A DNA stretch of 64,000 nt from Elusimicrobiaceae bacterium. GTDB taxonomy: Bacteria > Elusimicrobiota > Elusimicrobia > Elusimicrobiales > Elusimicrobiaceae. Below the pieces are notes generated by a model that ran no database searches, had not been told where the DNA came from, and saw only the letters and a list, made by a program, of their open reading frames with translations. The stretch spans positions 1,277-65,276 of the forward strand of contig JAZUNI010000057.1 of the NCBI GenBank assembly GCA_045604045.1. Direction: 5' to 3'. How positions within the stretch are numbered: the stretch's first letter is position 1; the number at the start of each line of letters is the position of its first letter. Shown piece by piece: positions 25,918 through 35,896 of this stretch. The position numbers and the translations under genes are program-made.

Positions 25918-27117
25918 ATGAATTTTGACAGTATCAAGAAAATCCAAGATATGGATTTAAAAGACAAAAAAGTGCTCGTGCGTGTAGATTACAACGTACC
26001 GCTTAAAGACGGTAAAGTAGACAACAACAAACGCATTGTTGCCACCGAAAAAACCATTAAACATTTATTGGCCAACAACTGCCGCGTGGTGCTCATTGCT
26101 CACTTGGGCCGCCCAAAAGGTAAAGTATGCCCCGAATTTAGCTTAGCCCCGGTAGCTACCGAAGTAGAAAAATTATTTGGTGTGCCGGTGCACTTTGCTA
26201 AAGACTGCATTGGTGCCGAAGCGGATGCCGTAGTAGCCACCACCAAAAATGGAGAAATTGCTTTATTAGAAAACTTGCGCTTCCACCCCGAAGAAGAAAA
26301 AAATGACGCCGAATTTGCCAAACAACTAGCTAAGCACGGCGAAGTATTTGTGCAAGAAGCTTTTGGTACAGTACACCGCGCCCATGCGTCTACCAGCGCC
26401 GTGGCTGATTACTTGCCCGGCTGCGCGGGTTTTTTGGTACAAAAAGAAGTTGAATTTTTAGGTAAAGCCTTGAAAAACCCGGCCCGCCCATTTGCGGCCG
26501 TAGTAGGGGGAGCGAAGGTATCCGACAAAATTATGCTGTTAAATAACTTAATGGACAAGGTAAACGTACTGGTCATTGGCGGCGGGATGGCATATACGTT
26601 CTTAAAAGTACAAGGCGCAGAAATCGGCAAATCCTTATTTGATGCCGAAAAAGAAACCGAAGCCAAAGCAGTACTCGCTAAAGCGGCGGAAAAAGGCGTA
26701 AAAATTTTGCTGCCGGTAGACCACGTGTGTGGGGCTGCGTTTGATGAAAACACCACCCCGGTAGCTGTAGATAACGTCAATATTCCGGCTAATTTAATGG
26801 GACTAGATATTGGCCCCAAAACAGTTGCTTTGTTCCGCGAAGAATTACTCAAATGCAAAACCATCTTCTGGAACGGACCGATGGGAGTCTTTGAATTCCC
26901 GAATTTTGCCAAGGGTAGCTTTGCTATAGCCCAAGCAATGATTGACGCGACCAAAGCCGGTGCTACCACCATTATCGGCGGCGGAGACAGCGTAAACGTG
27001 CTTAAAAAAGGCAAATTCAACCAAAAGGAACTTTCTCACGTTTCCACGGGCGGCGGTGCCAGCATGGAATTTGTGGAAGGAAAGGAATTGCCTGGTTTAG
27101 TAGCGTTAGCCAAATAA
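25918..27117 (+). CDS. pgk: phosphoglycerate kinase
   Basis: 399 aa, with RVDYNVP, AHLGRPKG and GGGDS. Confidence 0.97.
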   Translation: MNFDSIKKIQDMDLKDKKVLVRVDYNVPLKDGKVDNNKRIVATEKTIKHLLANNCRVVLIAHLGRPKGKVCPEFSLAPVATEVEKLFGVPVHFAKDCIGAEADAVVATTKNGEIALLENLRFHPEEEKNDAEFAKQLAKHGEVFVQEAFGTVHRAHASTSAVADYLPGCAGFLVQKEVEFLGKALKNPARPFAAVVGGAKVSDKIMLLNNLMDKVNVLVIGGGMAYTFLKVQGAEIGKSLFDAEKETEAKAVLAKAAEKGVKILLPVDHVCGAAFDENTTPVAVDNVNIPANLMGLDIGPKTVALFREELLKCKTIFWNGPMGVFEFPNFAKGSFAIAQAMIDATKAGATTIIGGGDSVNVLKKGKFNQKELSHVSTGGGASMEFVEGKELPGLVALAK

Positions 27118-27129
27118 GTAGCTTTACGA

Positions 27130-27160
27130 CTATCCCCCGAGCACATCGGGGGATAGTTTT
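27130..27160 (+). terminator. rho-independent terminator
   Basis: CTATCCCCCG-agcacat-CGGGGGATAG followed by TTTT. Confidence 0.7.
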
Positions 27161-27211
27161 GTGTTTATAAAAATTTGTATAATATAGCTACTTACTTTTT
27201 AGGAGAAAAAC

Positions 27212-27505
27212 ATGTACGGACTTATTTTAACGATTCATTTTATTGCCTGTGTATTACTGATTTTAATTGTGCTTTTGCAAAGCGGCAAAGGCTCGGCCGC
27301 CGGTATTTTTGGCGCGTCCGGTGCGGACAATTTGTTTGCCAGCCCGACGGCATTTAATGCTATTAACAAATTTACCGCGGTACTGGCCGTGATTATTATG
27401 TGTACGTCTATTGCGCTTACTATGGCCGCTAACAAAGCGCGCGCTACTTCTGTATTAGATCATGTAGAAGTACCTGCTTCTGCCCCGGCCCAAGCTGGAA
27501 AATAG
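27212..27505 (+). CDS. secG: preprotein translocase subunit SecG
   Basis: 97 aa, with LLQSGKGSAAGIFGASGADNLF. Confidence 0.85.
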   Translation: MYGLILTIHFIACVLLILIVLLQSGKGSAAGIFGASGADNLFASPTAFNAINKFTAVLAVIIMCTSIALTMAANKARATSVLDHVEVPASAPAQAGK

Positions 27506-27572
27506 TCGTTGCACCAGGCGTTGTTTTTTAGTAGAATAACTGTTGTTTCCTCGTATTACAATTTGAGTTTTC

Positions 27573-27654
27573 GCGCAGGTGGCGGAATTGGTATACGCGT
27601 GCGTTTGAGGGGCGCATGCCGCAAGGCTTGAGGGTTCGAGTCCCTCTCTGCGCA
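27573..27654 (+). tRNA. tRNA-Leu (anticodon GAG)
   Basis: Hand-folded cloverleaf. Acceptor stem GCGCAGG/TCTGCGC, anticodon stem TGCGT/GCGCA with loop TTGAGGG, a long variable arm (GCC-gcaa-GGC), and T-arm GAGGG-TTCGAGT-CCCTC. CCA is not encoded. Confidence 0.85.
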
Positions 27655-27666
27655 ATAAATATAAAA

Positions 27667-27688
27667 CTGGGCGAAAGCCCGGTTTTTT
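27667..27688 (+). terminator. terminator after tRNA-Leu
   Basis: CTGGGC-gaaa-GCCCGG followed by T6. Confidence 0.65.
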
Positions 27689-27701
27689 AATCCATAAATT
27701 A

Positions 27702-27707
27702 TATAAT
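27702..27707 (+). promoter_or_regulatory. -10 hexamer TATAAT, ending 6 nt before ATG 27714 (leaderless candidate)
   Basis: TATAAT-ttatct-ATG with no SD. Confidence 0.45.
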
Positions 27708-27713
27708 TTATCT

Positions 27714-28598
27714 ATGCACTACTCCGCATTAACTGCTGCCTGGATTTGCTGGGCTCTGGTTGGACTTTCACCCATTATGGGTAAATATGCCGCGGGCTTA
27801 ATTAGCCCGGCGGTACTTGTGTTTTTAGGTACGCTTCTAGGCGTACTGTATTTTGCCCCCTGGATTACCCAAAATAAGAAATGGGGGGAACTGTTTGCGC
27901 GCGACACGCTGGATAAATTCCTATTTATTGGCACGTTTGGCACAGCTCTTCCGTTTACAGTCTTTTTGATTGCGCTTCACTACACTACGCCGGGCAATGC
28001 CGCCATTTTGCAACAGAGTGAGCTGATTTATTCGCTCATCTTTGCCGCCATTTTCTTACGGGAATTCCCCAGTAAAGGGCAACTGGGGGGGAGTGCGCTT
28101 ATCGCGCTAGGGGTGATAATTATTCTACTAAAAGAGCAATATACCCCGCGTTGGACGGGGGATTTGCTGATTGTAGGCAGCACGTGGATGTTGCAAGCCG
28201 GCTCTACCGTAGCCAAAAAGCTGCCCAAACACTTGGATTACCGTGTGATTGGCATGGCACGCAACTTATTTGCGCTGCCGGCACTTATCATCATTTTAAG
28301 CGTAATGTACGCTGTAGATCAACCGTTTACCTTCCACACTACCCCTACCGCCTGGCTGGTACTGGGCTATACGGGCTTTTTAAAGTACGGCCTAGCCATG
28401 GTGGTATGGTATAAGGCGATCCGCGCGCTGGATTTAAGTAAAGTAACCGCCATTTATCTATCGTACCCGGTGCTATCTCTTTTATTTTCTGCCGCGCTGG
28501 GGTTAGACCATATTACCCCGCACCAAATTACCGGATTACTTATTTCCTGTGCGGGGGCGTATTGGGTCAGTTTGACCGTGCAAAAAGAAGGGCATTAA
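27714..28598 (+). CDS. EamA/DMT-family transporter
   Basis: 294 aa with about 10 TM helices and two EamA-like halves. Confidence 0.75.
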   Translation: MHYSALTAAWICWALVGLSPIMGKYAAGLISPAVLVFLGTLLGVLYFAPWITQNKKWGELFARDTLDKFLFIGTFGTALPFTVFLIALHYTTPGNAAILQQSELIYSLIFAAIFLREFPSKGQLGGSALIALGVIIILLKEQYTPRWTGDLLIVGSTWMLQAGSTVAKKLPKHLDYRVIGMARNLFALPALIIILSVMYAVDQPFTFHTTPTAWLVLGYTGFLKYGLAMVVWYKAIRALDLSKVTAIYLSYPVLSLLFSAALGLDHITPHQITGLLISCAGAYWVSLTVQKEGH

Positions 28599-28613
28599 AC
28601 CCCCCTAATAAAG

Positions 28614-28619
28614 TATAAT
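28614..28619 (+). promoter_or_regulatory. -10 hexamer TATAAT, ending 6 nt before ATG 28626 (leaderless candidate)
   Basis: TATAAT-ataaat-ATG with no SD. Confidence 0.45.
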
Positions 28620-28625
28620 ATAAAT

Positions 28626-29522
28626 ATGTTTAATATCTTACCTGTGTACGCCATTTGGCTGGCGTGGTTGGCTACGTCTATTAACGTCGTCATTTCTAAA
28701 CTGGCGGTGCCGTATGTTACATCGGCACTATTTTTGCTGCTGGCGTGCTTTATTGCTGCCGTCTGCTTTCGGATTCATTTTGGCAACTCCGGCCAGTGGC
28801 AACAACTCTTTCGCAAAGACGTCTGGCCGCGCGCATTTGCTATGGGTACATTCGGCACGGCACTGCCCATGACCATTTTTATGGTGGCACTCAACTACAC
28901 CACGCCCGTCAATGCTGCTATTGCTAACCAATTTGAAATTATTTATTCGCTCGTGCTGTCTGCCATTATTTTAAAAGAACGCCCTACCCTCAAACAAATT
29001 AGCGGCTCTATTTTAATTTTACTCGGCGTAGGAATGATTGTACTGGAGGGGGGAACAACCTTGCAAGCCAAAGGAGATTTGATGGTAGTGGGTTGCTTAT
29101 GGATGTACCAAGTGAGCCACATTTTTGCTAAAAAATTACCCGCCGATTTAGGCCCGCAAACTATCGCCGCCGCCCGCGCTTTTTACGCTATGCCTGCGCT
29201 GGCTATTTTGTGCGCGTGTTTGGCTATTATCCAAGGGCCGCTACAATTTAATGCACAATCCGGCACACTGTGGACCGTGCTACTTACCAGTGCGCTAGTC
29301 AACTATTTTTTAGGCAATTCTTATTGGTATCAGGCTATCCGCAATATGGATCTAAGCAAAGCAACCGCTATTATTCTGTCTTACCCGGTGATGACGTATG
29401 TATTGTCCGTCGCCTTCGGGCAAGACCGAATTACGCTAGCTAAAATTACAGGGATGATTTTAGCTGTTGGTGGTGCATATATTGTTACCGGGATTGTTAA
29501 AACCAAAGGAGCTACAAAATGA
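28626..29522 (+). CDS. EamA/DMT-family transporter (tandem paralog)
   Basis: 298 aa, colinear with the preceding gene (GTFGTALPxTxFxxALxYTTP). Confidence 0.75.
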   Translation: MFNILPVYAIWLAWLATSINVVISKLAVPYVTSALFLLLACFIAAVCFRIHFGNSGQWQQLFRKDVWPRAFAMGTFGTALPMTIFMVALNYTTPVNAAIANQFEIIYSLVLSAIILKERPTLKQISGSILILLGVGMIVLEGGTTLQAKGDLMVVGCLWMYQVSHIFAKKLPADLGPQTIAAARAFYAMPALAILCACLAIIQGPLQFNAQSGTLWTVLLTSALVNYFLGNSYWYQAIRNMDLSKATAIILSYPVMTYVLSVAFGQDRITLAKITGMILAVGGAYIVTGIVKTKGATK

Positions 29523-30367
29523 AAAAACTCGTTTTATTTGATTTGGACGGAACCTTAGTTACCACGGGCGGGGCAGGATGCCAAGCCCTAATTAAAGGAA
29601 TGGAAAAACTTTACGGCAAAAAGCCGGTGTTTGAGCATTCTCTAATCTCCGGACGAACGGATTTTGATAATTTTACAATCGTATACGGTTTGTTACACAA
29701 AGGCAAGAAACCTACCGCCACAGAGCTTAAAAAAATGGAAAAAGCCTATGTAGACCAACTGCCTAGTGAAGTACATGCGCTAGTACGGGCTAAAAAATAT
29801 GACCTCATCCCCGGTGTGGATAAATTTTTAAAAGAACTAGCTAAAGACAAAGACGTGGTGCTAGCCCTAGGTACCGGCAACGTGGAAAAAGCCGCGTTTA
29901 TTAAGCTAGAACCCAGCGGCTTAGGTAAATATTTTACCGTGGGTGGCTGGGGCACGGACGGCCACATACGAGAAGACATGCTAAAAGCGGCCGTTAAACG
30001 TGCCGAAAAGAAATTTAAAACAAAATTTGCGCCGGATCAAGTATACGTCATTGGGGATACGCACCGCGATATTTGCGCGGCTAAAAATTGCGGTTTTCAC
30101 AATGCGGTCATTACCACGGGACTAGGCGATCCGCAAAAAATTATGCGTGCCGCTGCTGAATTAGAAATAGCTGATTTTAGAGACCCTATGCTACGCGTAT
30201 GGCTGGGCTTAAAAGCCGATCCCAAAGGCGTCAAGCGCGGCAGCTATATCATGCCGGCCAGTGCCATTGAACACGTGTTTTTTAGCCGTACGGGCATTGA
30301 TGAAGACCGCCTAAAAATGCTGCGTATCAAGAAATACGAAGATTTGGAATCCGGCACGATTATGTAG
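29519..30367 (+). CDS. HAD-superfamily hydrolase
   Basis: Contains the LFDLDGTLV motif and GDTHRDI. It overlaps the upstream stop by 4 nt. Confidence 0.7.
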   Translation: MKKLVLFDLDGTLVTTGGAGCQALIKGMEKLYGKKPVFEHSLISGRTDFDNFTIVYGLLHKGKKPTATELKKMEKAYVDQLPSEVHALVRAKKYDLIPGVDKFLKELAKDKDVVLALGTGNVEKAAFIKLEPSGLGKYFTVGGWGTDGHIREDMLKAAVKRAEKKFKTKFAPDQVYVIGDTHRDICAAKNCGFHNAVITTGLGDPQKIMRAAAELEIADFRDPMLRVWLGLKADPKGVKRGSYIMPASAIEHVFFSRTGIDEDRLKMLRIKKYEDLESGTIM

Positions 30368-30373
30368 GCAAAT

Positions 30374-30946
30374 ATGACCTGGATGCATGGTGCAGATGAA
30401 TTTTTAACCGCTCTATCCTCCTCGGATCCGACCCCGGGTGGGGGGGTAGCCGCTGCTTTGGCAGGAGCCATGGGTTGCGCTCTGGGGCTGATGGCGATTG
30501 GCACTACGCTTAAGCGAAAAGTCACGCCGGAAGAGGCCCGCCCCACACTGCTACAAAGTCAACAAAAGCTAGCCGACTTGCACCTTGAACTTAAAACGCT
30601 TATGCAAAAAGATGCAGACGCATATGCGGCCTATTTAACCGCCAACAAACTGCCTAAAGAAAATCCTGCCCGTACTCAAGCGGTGCAAGAGGCCCTTTGG
30701 TTGGCTGCCACTGTTCCAGCGGATACCGCTACTGTTTGTGAGCAAGTGATGAAGGAATTAAAAAACGTGCGCTATTTGATTGCGCCCCTTATTTTATCGG
30801 ACGTAGACTGCGCGCAAAAGTTACTTACCAGTGCCTTGGCTTGCTGTGTGGAAAATATCCGTGTTAATAAAACAGGTATTACTGACCCGCAACACCAACA
30901 AAAATTAGAAGCTTGGATAACCCATTTTTCCGAGGTGAGACCATGA
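30374..30946 (+). CDS. cyclodeaminase/cyclohydrolase family protein (FTCD C-terminal-like)
   Basis: Contains SSDPTPGGGVAAALAGAMGCALGLM, typical of the formiminotransferase-cyclodeaminase C-terminal domain. Confidence 0.7.
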   Translation: MTWMHGADEFLTALSSSDPTPGGGVAAALAGAMGCALGLMAIGTTLKRKVTPEEARPTLLQSQQKLADLHLELKTLMQKDADAYAAYLTANKLPKENPARTQAVQEALWLAATVPADTATVCEQVMKELKNVRYLIAPLILSDVDCAQKLLTSALACCVENIRVNKTGITDPQHQQKLEAWITHFSEVRP

Positions 30947-32517
30947 CCTCTCACATTGAACAAAAACGAAGCGGCATGTTAAGCACCATTTATAATATGC
31001 TCCCCGGCATTGATAATGACTATGCCGCCAAATTGGTTTACACGCTGGAAGATAAAAAGACATTGGCAGAATTACAACAAGATATCGCTGATTTAGCTGC
31101 ACAATTAAATTCCGACTCGCCCATGACCGATACGCTCATTGCAAAAATGCTGTTAGATGAGTGTACATTGGCTGCTGCCTTGCGTCAGTTACGCATTTAC
31201 AACAACTCCACCTCTATTACTGAATTATGCGCTGCGTTGGAAATTCCCGCCAAAGATACTAGTAAACTGCTGGAAGTATACGCATCTTTTTCTTCTAGGC
31301 ATTATTTTGACGAAGCATTTGAAGCGGCCTTTGAGCAAGTAAAAAATGATCAACTTACGGATGATGAACAGGCCCGTAAGGCACTGGAACGGCTGCTTGA
31401 ACAGGCACAAGAAATTGAAAACACTTCTGCCGAAAAAATTGCCGCCAACCGCACAGATATTTTTAAACTGGCAGATACCTATCATTTGCCTGTAAAATTA
31501 ACAGCCGAATTAGAGTTGTTATATTCACAACCCGCCAGTATATTATGTAAGCCCGAATTTGAACAACTACTTAACACGCTATTAACTTTGAATGAAAATG
31601 TAGAATTATGTGCCTCGCTAGCAGCGCGCACTTTGCTATGTCAAGTTACGGCCAAAGACGCGCAGGACATTGTGAAAACATCTAAACTCTTAAATAATGA
31701 GTTACTGGAAGAAGATTTATTAGTCATCGCTTGCCGTTATTTAAAATTAAAAACCCCACAGGATATTGCGGACGCTTACGATGGCGTATTGAAACGACTG
31801 CCTTATGTGGATAACCCTGAAGAAAATATAGGTTTAGCAGTACGCGTACTACTAGATGGCACTCCACGCAGTTTTGAACAAGCAACCCAGGCCGCAACTT
31901 TCAAACGGGATACTGAATTACTCCGCAGAGAATTGGCCAAACACACACGTTACGAAGGTTTTGAATATGAACTTTCCCAACGTTTTGGTGGTAAAAAAAC
32001 GTATGAACAGCTAGATCAGCAAACTTGCGAAATATTGCAACAGTTACCTTATTGTGTAAATTCGGATGAAAATAAAGAGTTGGCTTGCAAAATTCTGTTA
32101 GAAGTATTAACTCATGAGGAAGCCAAAAAACAAGCAAACTATTTGCAAAATTTAAAAGCTATTTCTCTTACGCAAGGGTTGACCCCTGGGCTTATGAAGC
32201 AATATTTGGGTACTAAATCGACAACGGAATTGACGGACTTTTTCAACCGGGCACTACGTCCTTATAATTTTTGGAAGACAAACAGGGAAAAACACCTCTT
32301 TGCGTTGCATACCTTAGTGGATGAACTAAATGGCATATATAATCGCCAAATGATAGATTTTGTGTTAGAAATGTTAGAAAATGGCTCCTCGGTGGAGGTG
32401 TTAGCGGATTTAATGAGTCAGCTACGCCACAAACCCATGCCCACCACGGAGCTGACAGCCTTATTAGAACGCTATCGTGTTGCACAAGCCTCTACTAAGA
32501 CAATAAAAAAGATGTAA
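30943..32517 (+). CDS. helical repeat protein (hypothetical)
   Basis: Start at ATG 30943 after GAGGTGA, with an ATGA overlap on the upstream stop. About 524 aa with recurring ~70-aa units (LPYVDNPEENIGLAVRVLL, LPYCVNSDENKELACKILL). Confidence 0.6.
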   Translation: MTSHIEQKRSGMLSTIYNMLPGIDNDYAAKLVYTLEDKKTLAELQQDIADLAAQLNSDSPMTDTLIAKMLLDECTLAAALRQLRIYNNSTSITELCAALEIPAKDTSKLLEVYASFSSRHYFDEAFEAAFEQVKNDQLTDDEQARKALERLLEQAQEIENTSAEKIAANRTDIFKLADTYHLPVKLTAELELLYSQPASILCKPEFEQLLNTLLTLNENVELCASLAARTLLCQVTAKDAQDIVKTSKLLNNELLEEDLLVIACRYLKLKTPQDIADAYDGVLKRLPYVDNPEENIGLAVRVLLDGTPRSFEQATQAATFKRDTELLRRELAKHTRYEGFEYELSQRFGGKKTYEQLDQQTCEILQQLPYCVNSDENKELACKILLEVLTHEEAKKQANYLQNLKAISLTQGLTPGLMKQYLGTKSTTELTDFFNRALRPYNFWKTNREKHLFALHTLVDELNGIYNRQMIDFVLEMLENGSSVEVLADLMSQLRHKPMPTTELTALLERYRVAQASTKTIKKM

Positions 32518-32580
32518 AAAACGTGATAATTTGCTATGCTTTTAGCATACCGTTGTATATTTAATGGATAGGGTGAAATT

Positions 32581-35241
32581 ATGAGATATTGGGTGTATAT
32601 CAACGATGAAGTAAACGGACCATACGAAGAAGATAAACTGGTTACCTTGGAAGGGTTTTCAAAAGAGACCTTGATTTGCTCAGAAGACACAGCCTCTAAC
32701 GGCGGACAAGATTGGGTAAAAGCCTCTTCTATTTTTGAATTTGATGAAATTCCAGCGCCACAAGAACTACCTACTACGGGTATGCAAACTGTGGCTGACT
32801 TGCCAACAACAGCGGCTAAATCAGTTTCGACAGCAGATACCCAGGCACTATTAGCAAAACTGGATTCACTAACGAAAGAAATGTCTAATTTACACCAAAA
32901 ATTAGACTCTATGCAATCTCATTTAGATAAGTCTTTGCAAGAAAACAATCACTTGCTGCAACAAGCTGCCGAACATGCTGCACAAGCGGCCGTGCAAGCA
33001 ACTCAGGCTGCACATGAAACGGCGTCAACCGCTGAAGCAGTTTCCACTGCAACACCGGTTGATGAACGCGTGAGCACCATTACCCTTACCCAACATGCGG
33101 AGCTAAATACACAAAATTCAATACAAAATGAGGAATTAAGCACTCAACAAGAGGATGCATTTCCTATGCAGGCAGCTCCTAAAGAAGATGAACTAATTAT
33201 TCGCTCAGCGTTGGATTCGATTTATGGTGAAAAAATAGTGAAAACTATCCCAGAGGATGAAACCTTCCAAGATTTGCTACCGGAAAAAAGTAAAGAGAAA
33301 GAAGAAAAGGCCATTGAAAAAATTAGTGAAGAACTCACTTTTACGCCAGTAGAAGAAAAAGTATCCACGTTGCGGGAAGCTATTATCACTACGCCCTCTG
33401 CTGATGAAGCAGCCAAAGACGCGTTAATCAATGAATTGACAGCGTCCCCTAAAGAAGATGTGTTGGACCAAATTATCCAAGAACATCAAGAACAACCGGT
33501 CCAAGAAAAAGATACTGAAAAGGAAACCCCTACCGACTCCAATTGGATGGGAATAGCTGCGGCCGGAGCCACTGTAGTGGGGGCAGCCGGTATAGCAGCC
33601 GCTGCGACAAGAGACTCTGCTTCTTACCATGAAGAAACTCCCATGGCTATTGCCACTGATAAAAACAGTCTAGAAACATTGGAAGAAGTGTTACCAGCCT
33701 CCCAAATGCCTGCAGATGTCCCAACCCAAGGATCAGCTGCATTTAGTGAGTTACCTACGTTGGATGGAACTCCGGTTATGCAGGAAGAGCTTCCTCATCA
33801 AAAACCAACCGACCAGATACCAGATGTACCCGCACCAGCAGATACACTTCCCGAACTAAAGCCGGAATCGGAAATAGAAGAACTGGTGGTCCAACAACAA
33901 GCTTCCAACAAAGAAGAGCTCCCGGAATTAGAAGAAGTATCGCCGGCCGCACAGGTGAATGTTCCTGCACAACCTACAGAGCAAATACCCCAAGCGGAGG
34001 AAGTGGAAGATTTGAACCCAGTACCTCTGCCAGAACCAGTATTGGATGAAGCTCCTGCTAGAACGGAAGAACCGGCCGCATCTGCCCCTATACAAATGGA
34101 AGAAACCGAGAAAACGTCTCCTGCAAATCGGCAAGCCGCTGAATTTGAAGAACCCTCCGTGGTGAATGAAATGGAAAAACCAATAGTAGAGAATGCTGTG
34201 CAAACAGCTCAGACTCCTGCGATTGAGAAAACGGATGAACAAGCACAGCCCAGCACGCATACACTGACAGATAAAGATTTACAAGATGCTTTTGGTCCAG
34301 AGGCGGTGGCATCTTCTTCCAGCGAACCAATCAACAATAACCCAAATGATTTAACGGAAATTGAACTGAAAGAAGGGTCTACCTATTTGATTTCGGACTT
34401 TGTACCTCCGGCCCAGATGGGAGATGAAACTGCCGATAAAGCGAATATGGCGGATAATCAAACAGAAAAAGCAGACTCTGAGGAAAAATTACAAGAAGCC
34501 CTTATCCAGGATATGTTGGCGGTAGCCAGCACTGGGGAATCCACTCGCGCGCTCAGTACCGATGGCTTACCCGAAGATGCATCTGCTACACAAATTCGTT
34601 TAGAAAATACTATTCAGGCTAAACGGGGCGCTGCCTTGGATATTAAAACAGTGCCCATGGTACCGGAACCGGCCAATGCCCAGCGTTTAGATATGAATGA
34701 CATTGATGATGTCAATGCACAACACGATATGAAAACCGCAGGTGCGTCCAGCAAACTAACGAAAATGGTTATTGGTGCCCTAGTAGGGTTATTATTACTA
34801 ATTGTGCTGTATGTGCTACTAGGATTGTTAAACGTACTGCCCAGTTCTCTTAATCTGTTTGCTAAACCGCAGCCTGCTGCTGCCCAAGCAACAGAGGAAT
34901 TATTAACGGAAAATACGGTTGCTTCAGTTACAGGAAATGCACAGGATGATGAATTGGACGAGGTATTAACTAAAGTACAGAAATTTCCACTTCCCAATGG
35001 CATGACGCTTGCGGAATTTATTGAAAACAAGCATGCCCCAGTGGTTGCGGCGGATATTTCGTGGGAAATTGCCAATGGAGTAGAAGAAGATAACTATTCT
35101 ATTACGGTAAAAGTTCCACCAGAAAATCCACAAAACTTCAAAACAGTCTATCGCTTTAACTACAATGTACAAAGCGGCCTATTGGAACCGACTATTTCGG
35201 ACGCTAAAAACTTGTTAGACCAAGCCTACGGGCAACAATAA
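32581..35241 (+). CDS. GYF_2-domain protein with a long acidic/proline-rich region, one TM helix and a C-terminal globular domain (hypothetical)
   Basis: The N-terminus MRYWVYINDEVNGPYEEDKLVTLEGF...DWVKASSIFEF is GYF_2/DUF4339-like. A TM helix lies at ~aa 725-745. Confidence 0.65.
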   Translation: MRYWVYINDEVNGPYEEDKLVTLEGFSKETLICSEDTASNGGQDWVKASSIFEFDEIPAPQELPTTGMQTVADLPTTAAKSVSTADTQALLAKLDSLTKEMSNLHQKLDSMQSHLDKSLQENNHLLQQAAEHAAQAAVQATQAAHETASTAEAVSTATPVDERVSTITLTQHAELNTQNSIQNEELSTQQEDAFPMQAAPKEDELIIRSALDSIYGEKIVKTIPEDETFQDLLPEKSKEKEEKAIEKISEELTFTPVEEKVSTLREAIITTPSADEAAKDALINELTASPKEDVLDQIIQEHQEQPVQEKDTEKETPTDSNWMGIAAAGATVVGAAGIAAAATRDSASYHEETPMAIATDKNSLETLEEVLPASQMPADVPTQGSAAFSELPTLDGTPVMQEELPHQKPTDQIPDVPAPADTLPELKPESEIEELVVQQQASNKEELPELEEVSPAAQVNVPAQPTEQIPQAEEVEDLNPVPLPEPVLDEAPARTEEPAASAPIQMEETEKTSPANRQAAEFEEPSVVNEMEKPIVENAVQTAQTPAIEKTDEQAQPSTHTLTDKDLQDAFGPEAVASSSSEPINNNPNDLTEIELKEGSTYLISDFVPPAQMGDETADKANMADNQTEKADSEEKLQEALIQDMLAVASTGESTRALSTDGLPEDASATQIRLENTIQAKRGAALDIKTVPMVPEPANAQRLDMNDIDDVNAQHDMKTAGASSKLTKMVIGALVGLLLLIVLYVLLGLLNVLPSSLNLFAKPQPAAAQATEELLTENTVASVTGNAQDDELDEVLTKVQKFPLPNGMTLAEFIENKHAPVVAADISWEIANGVEEDNYSITVKVPPENPQNFKTVYRFNYNVQSGLLEPTISDAKNLLDQAYGQQ

Positions 35242-35254
35242 AATAGATTGCTAG

Positions 35255-35287
35255 AAAAACCCCGAGTGTAAAAACTCGGGGTTTTTT
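35255..35287 (+). terminator. rho-independent terminator
   Basis: AAAAACCCCGAGT-gtaaaa-ACTCGGGG followed by T6. Confidence 0.8.
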
Positions 35288-35320
35288 GTGGTCAAAATAG
35301 GTAGTTAGCAAAACTTCATT

Positions 35321-35350
35321 AAAAAATCCTCTGGGATTTCCGAGGGATTT
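35321..35350 (-). terminator. terminator of the LEA_2-like gene
   Basis: The minus strand reads AAATCCCTCG...GAGGATTT followed by a T-run. Confidence 0.5.
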
Positions 35351-35368
35351 TTATTGCAAGAATAATGA

Positions 35369-35833
35369 TTAGTTATAATTGCCAATACGCCCCATATCTA
35401 CCGGGAGGGGAATTTCCGTCCCTAGGGGGCCTTCAAAAAACATCGTACCTGTTAAGCGATAGTCCACCGTGCCACTCCCCATGGCTAATAAGCCCAGTAG
35501 TTTACTTCCCAATGCAGCAGTAGGTACGTTTATTTTGGCTTTTGCATTATAGGTAGCGGCTGGCGCAACTTCAATATCCGCTAAGGTGACATCCGCAATT
35601 TTTGTTTCGTTGGCCTCTAATACGCCTACAAAGCGTTTTAATTTGGCAGGTTCAGTTTTGTTAGGATTGGTGATGGCAATCGTTAATACAAAATCAAAAG
35701 CGCTTAGGCTCATATCACTGAGCTCTACTTTTTTAAGCGCATAGGTACAGTTCTTTAAATTGCTGGCTTGCTTGACGGTGGCACAACCGGCAAACAACGC
35801 TACACACGTTAATAGTACAACTAATTTCTTCAT
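35369..35833 (-). CDS. LEA type-2 (NDR1/HIN1-like) lipoprotein
   Basis: Lipobox LFAGC after MKKLVVLLTCVA. A ~150-aa beta-sandwich-like body. Family call from recall. Confidence 0.5.
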   Translation of the reverse strand: MKKLVVLLTCVALFAGCATVKQASNLKNCTYALKKVELSDMSLSAFDFVLTIAITNPNKTEPAKLKRFVGVLEANETKIADVTLADIEVAPAATYNAKAKINVPTAALGSKLLGLLAMGSGTVDYRLTGTMFFEGPLGTEIPLPVDMGRIGNYN

Positions 35834-35862
35834 AAAACCCTCCAAGAGTAAGATATATAAAT

Positions 35863-35870
35863 TGTATAAT
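35863..35870 (+). promoter_or_regulatory. extended -10 promoter (TGTATAAT) of pepT
   Basis: TG at 35863-35864 and TATAAT at 35865-35870. The SD GGGAGAG lies before ATG 35897. Confidence 0.5.
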
Positions 35871-35896
35871 AAATAAAGATTTTTAGGGAGAGTTTT

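Noticed and set aside
27573-29522. tRNA-Leu as an integration site for a genomic island.
   Set aside because: There is no integrase, no direct repeat of the tRNA 3' end and no mobile genes downstream. The neighbours are two EamA transporters and metabolic genes.
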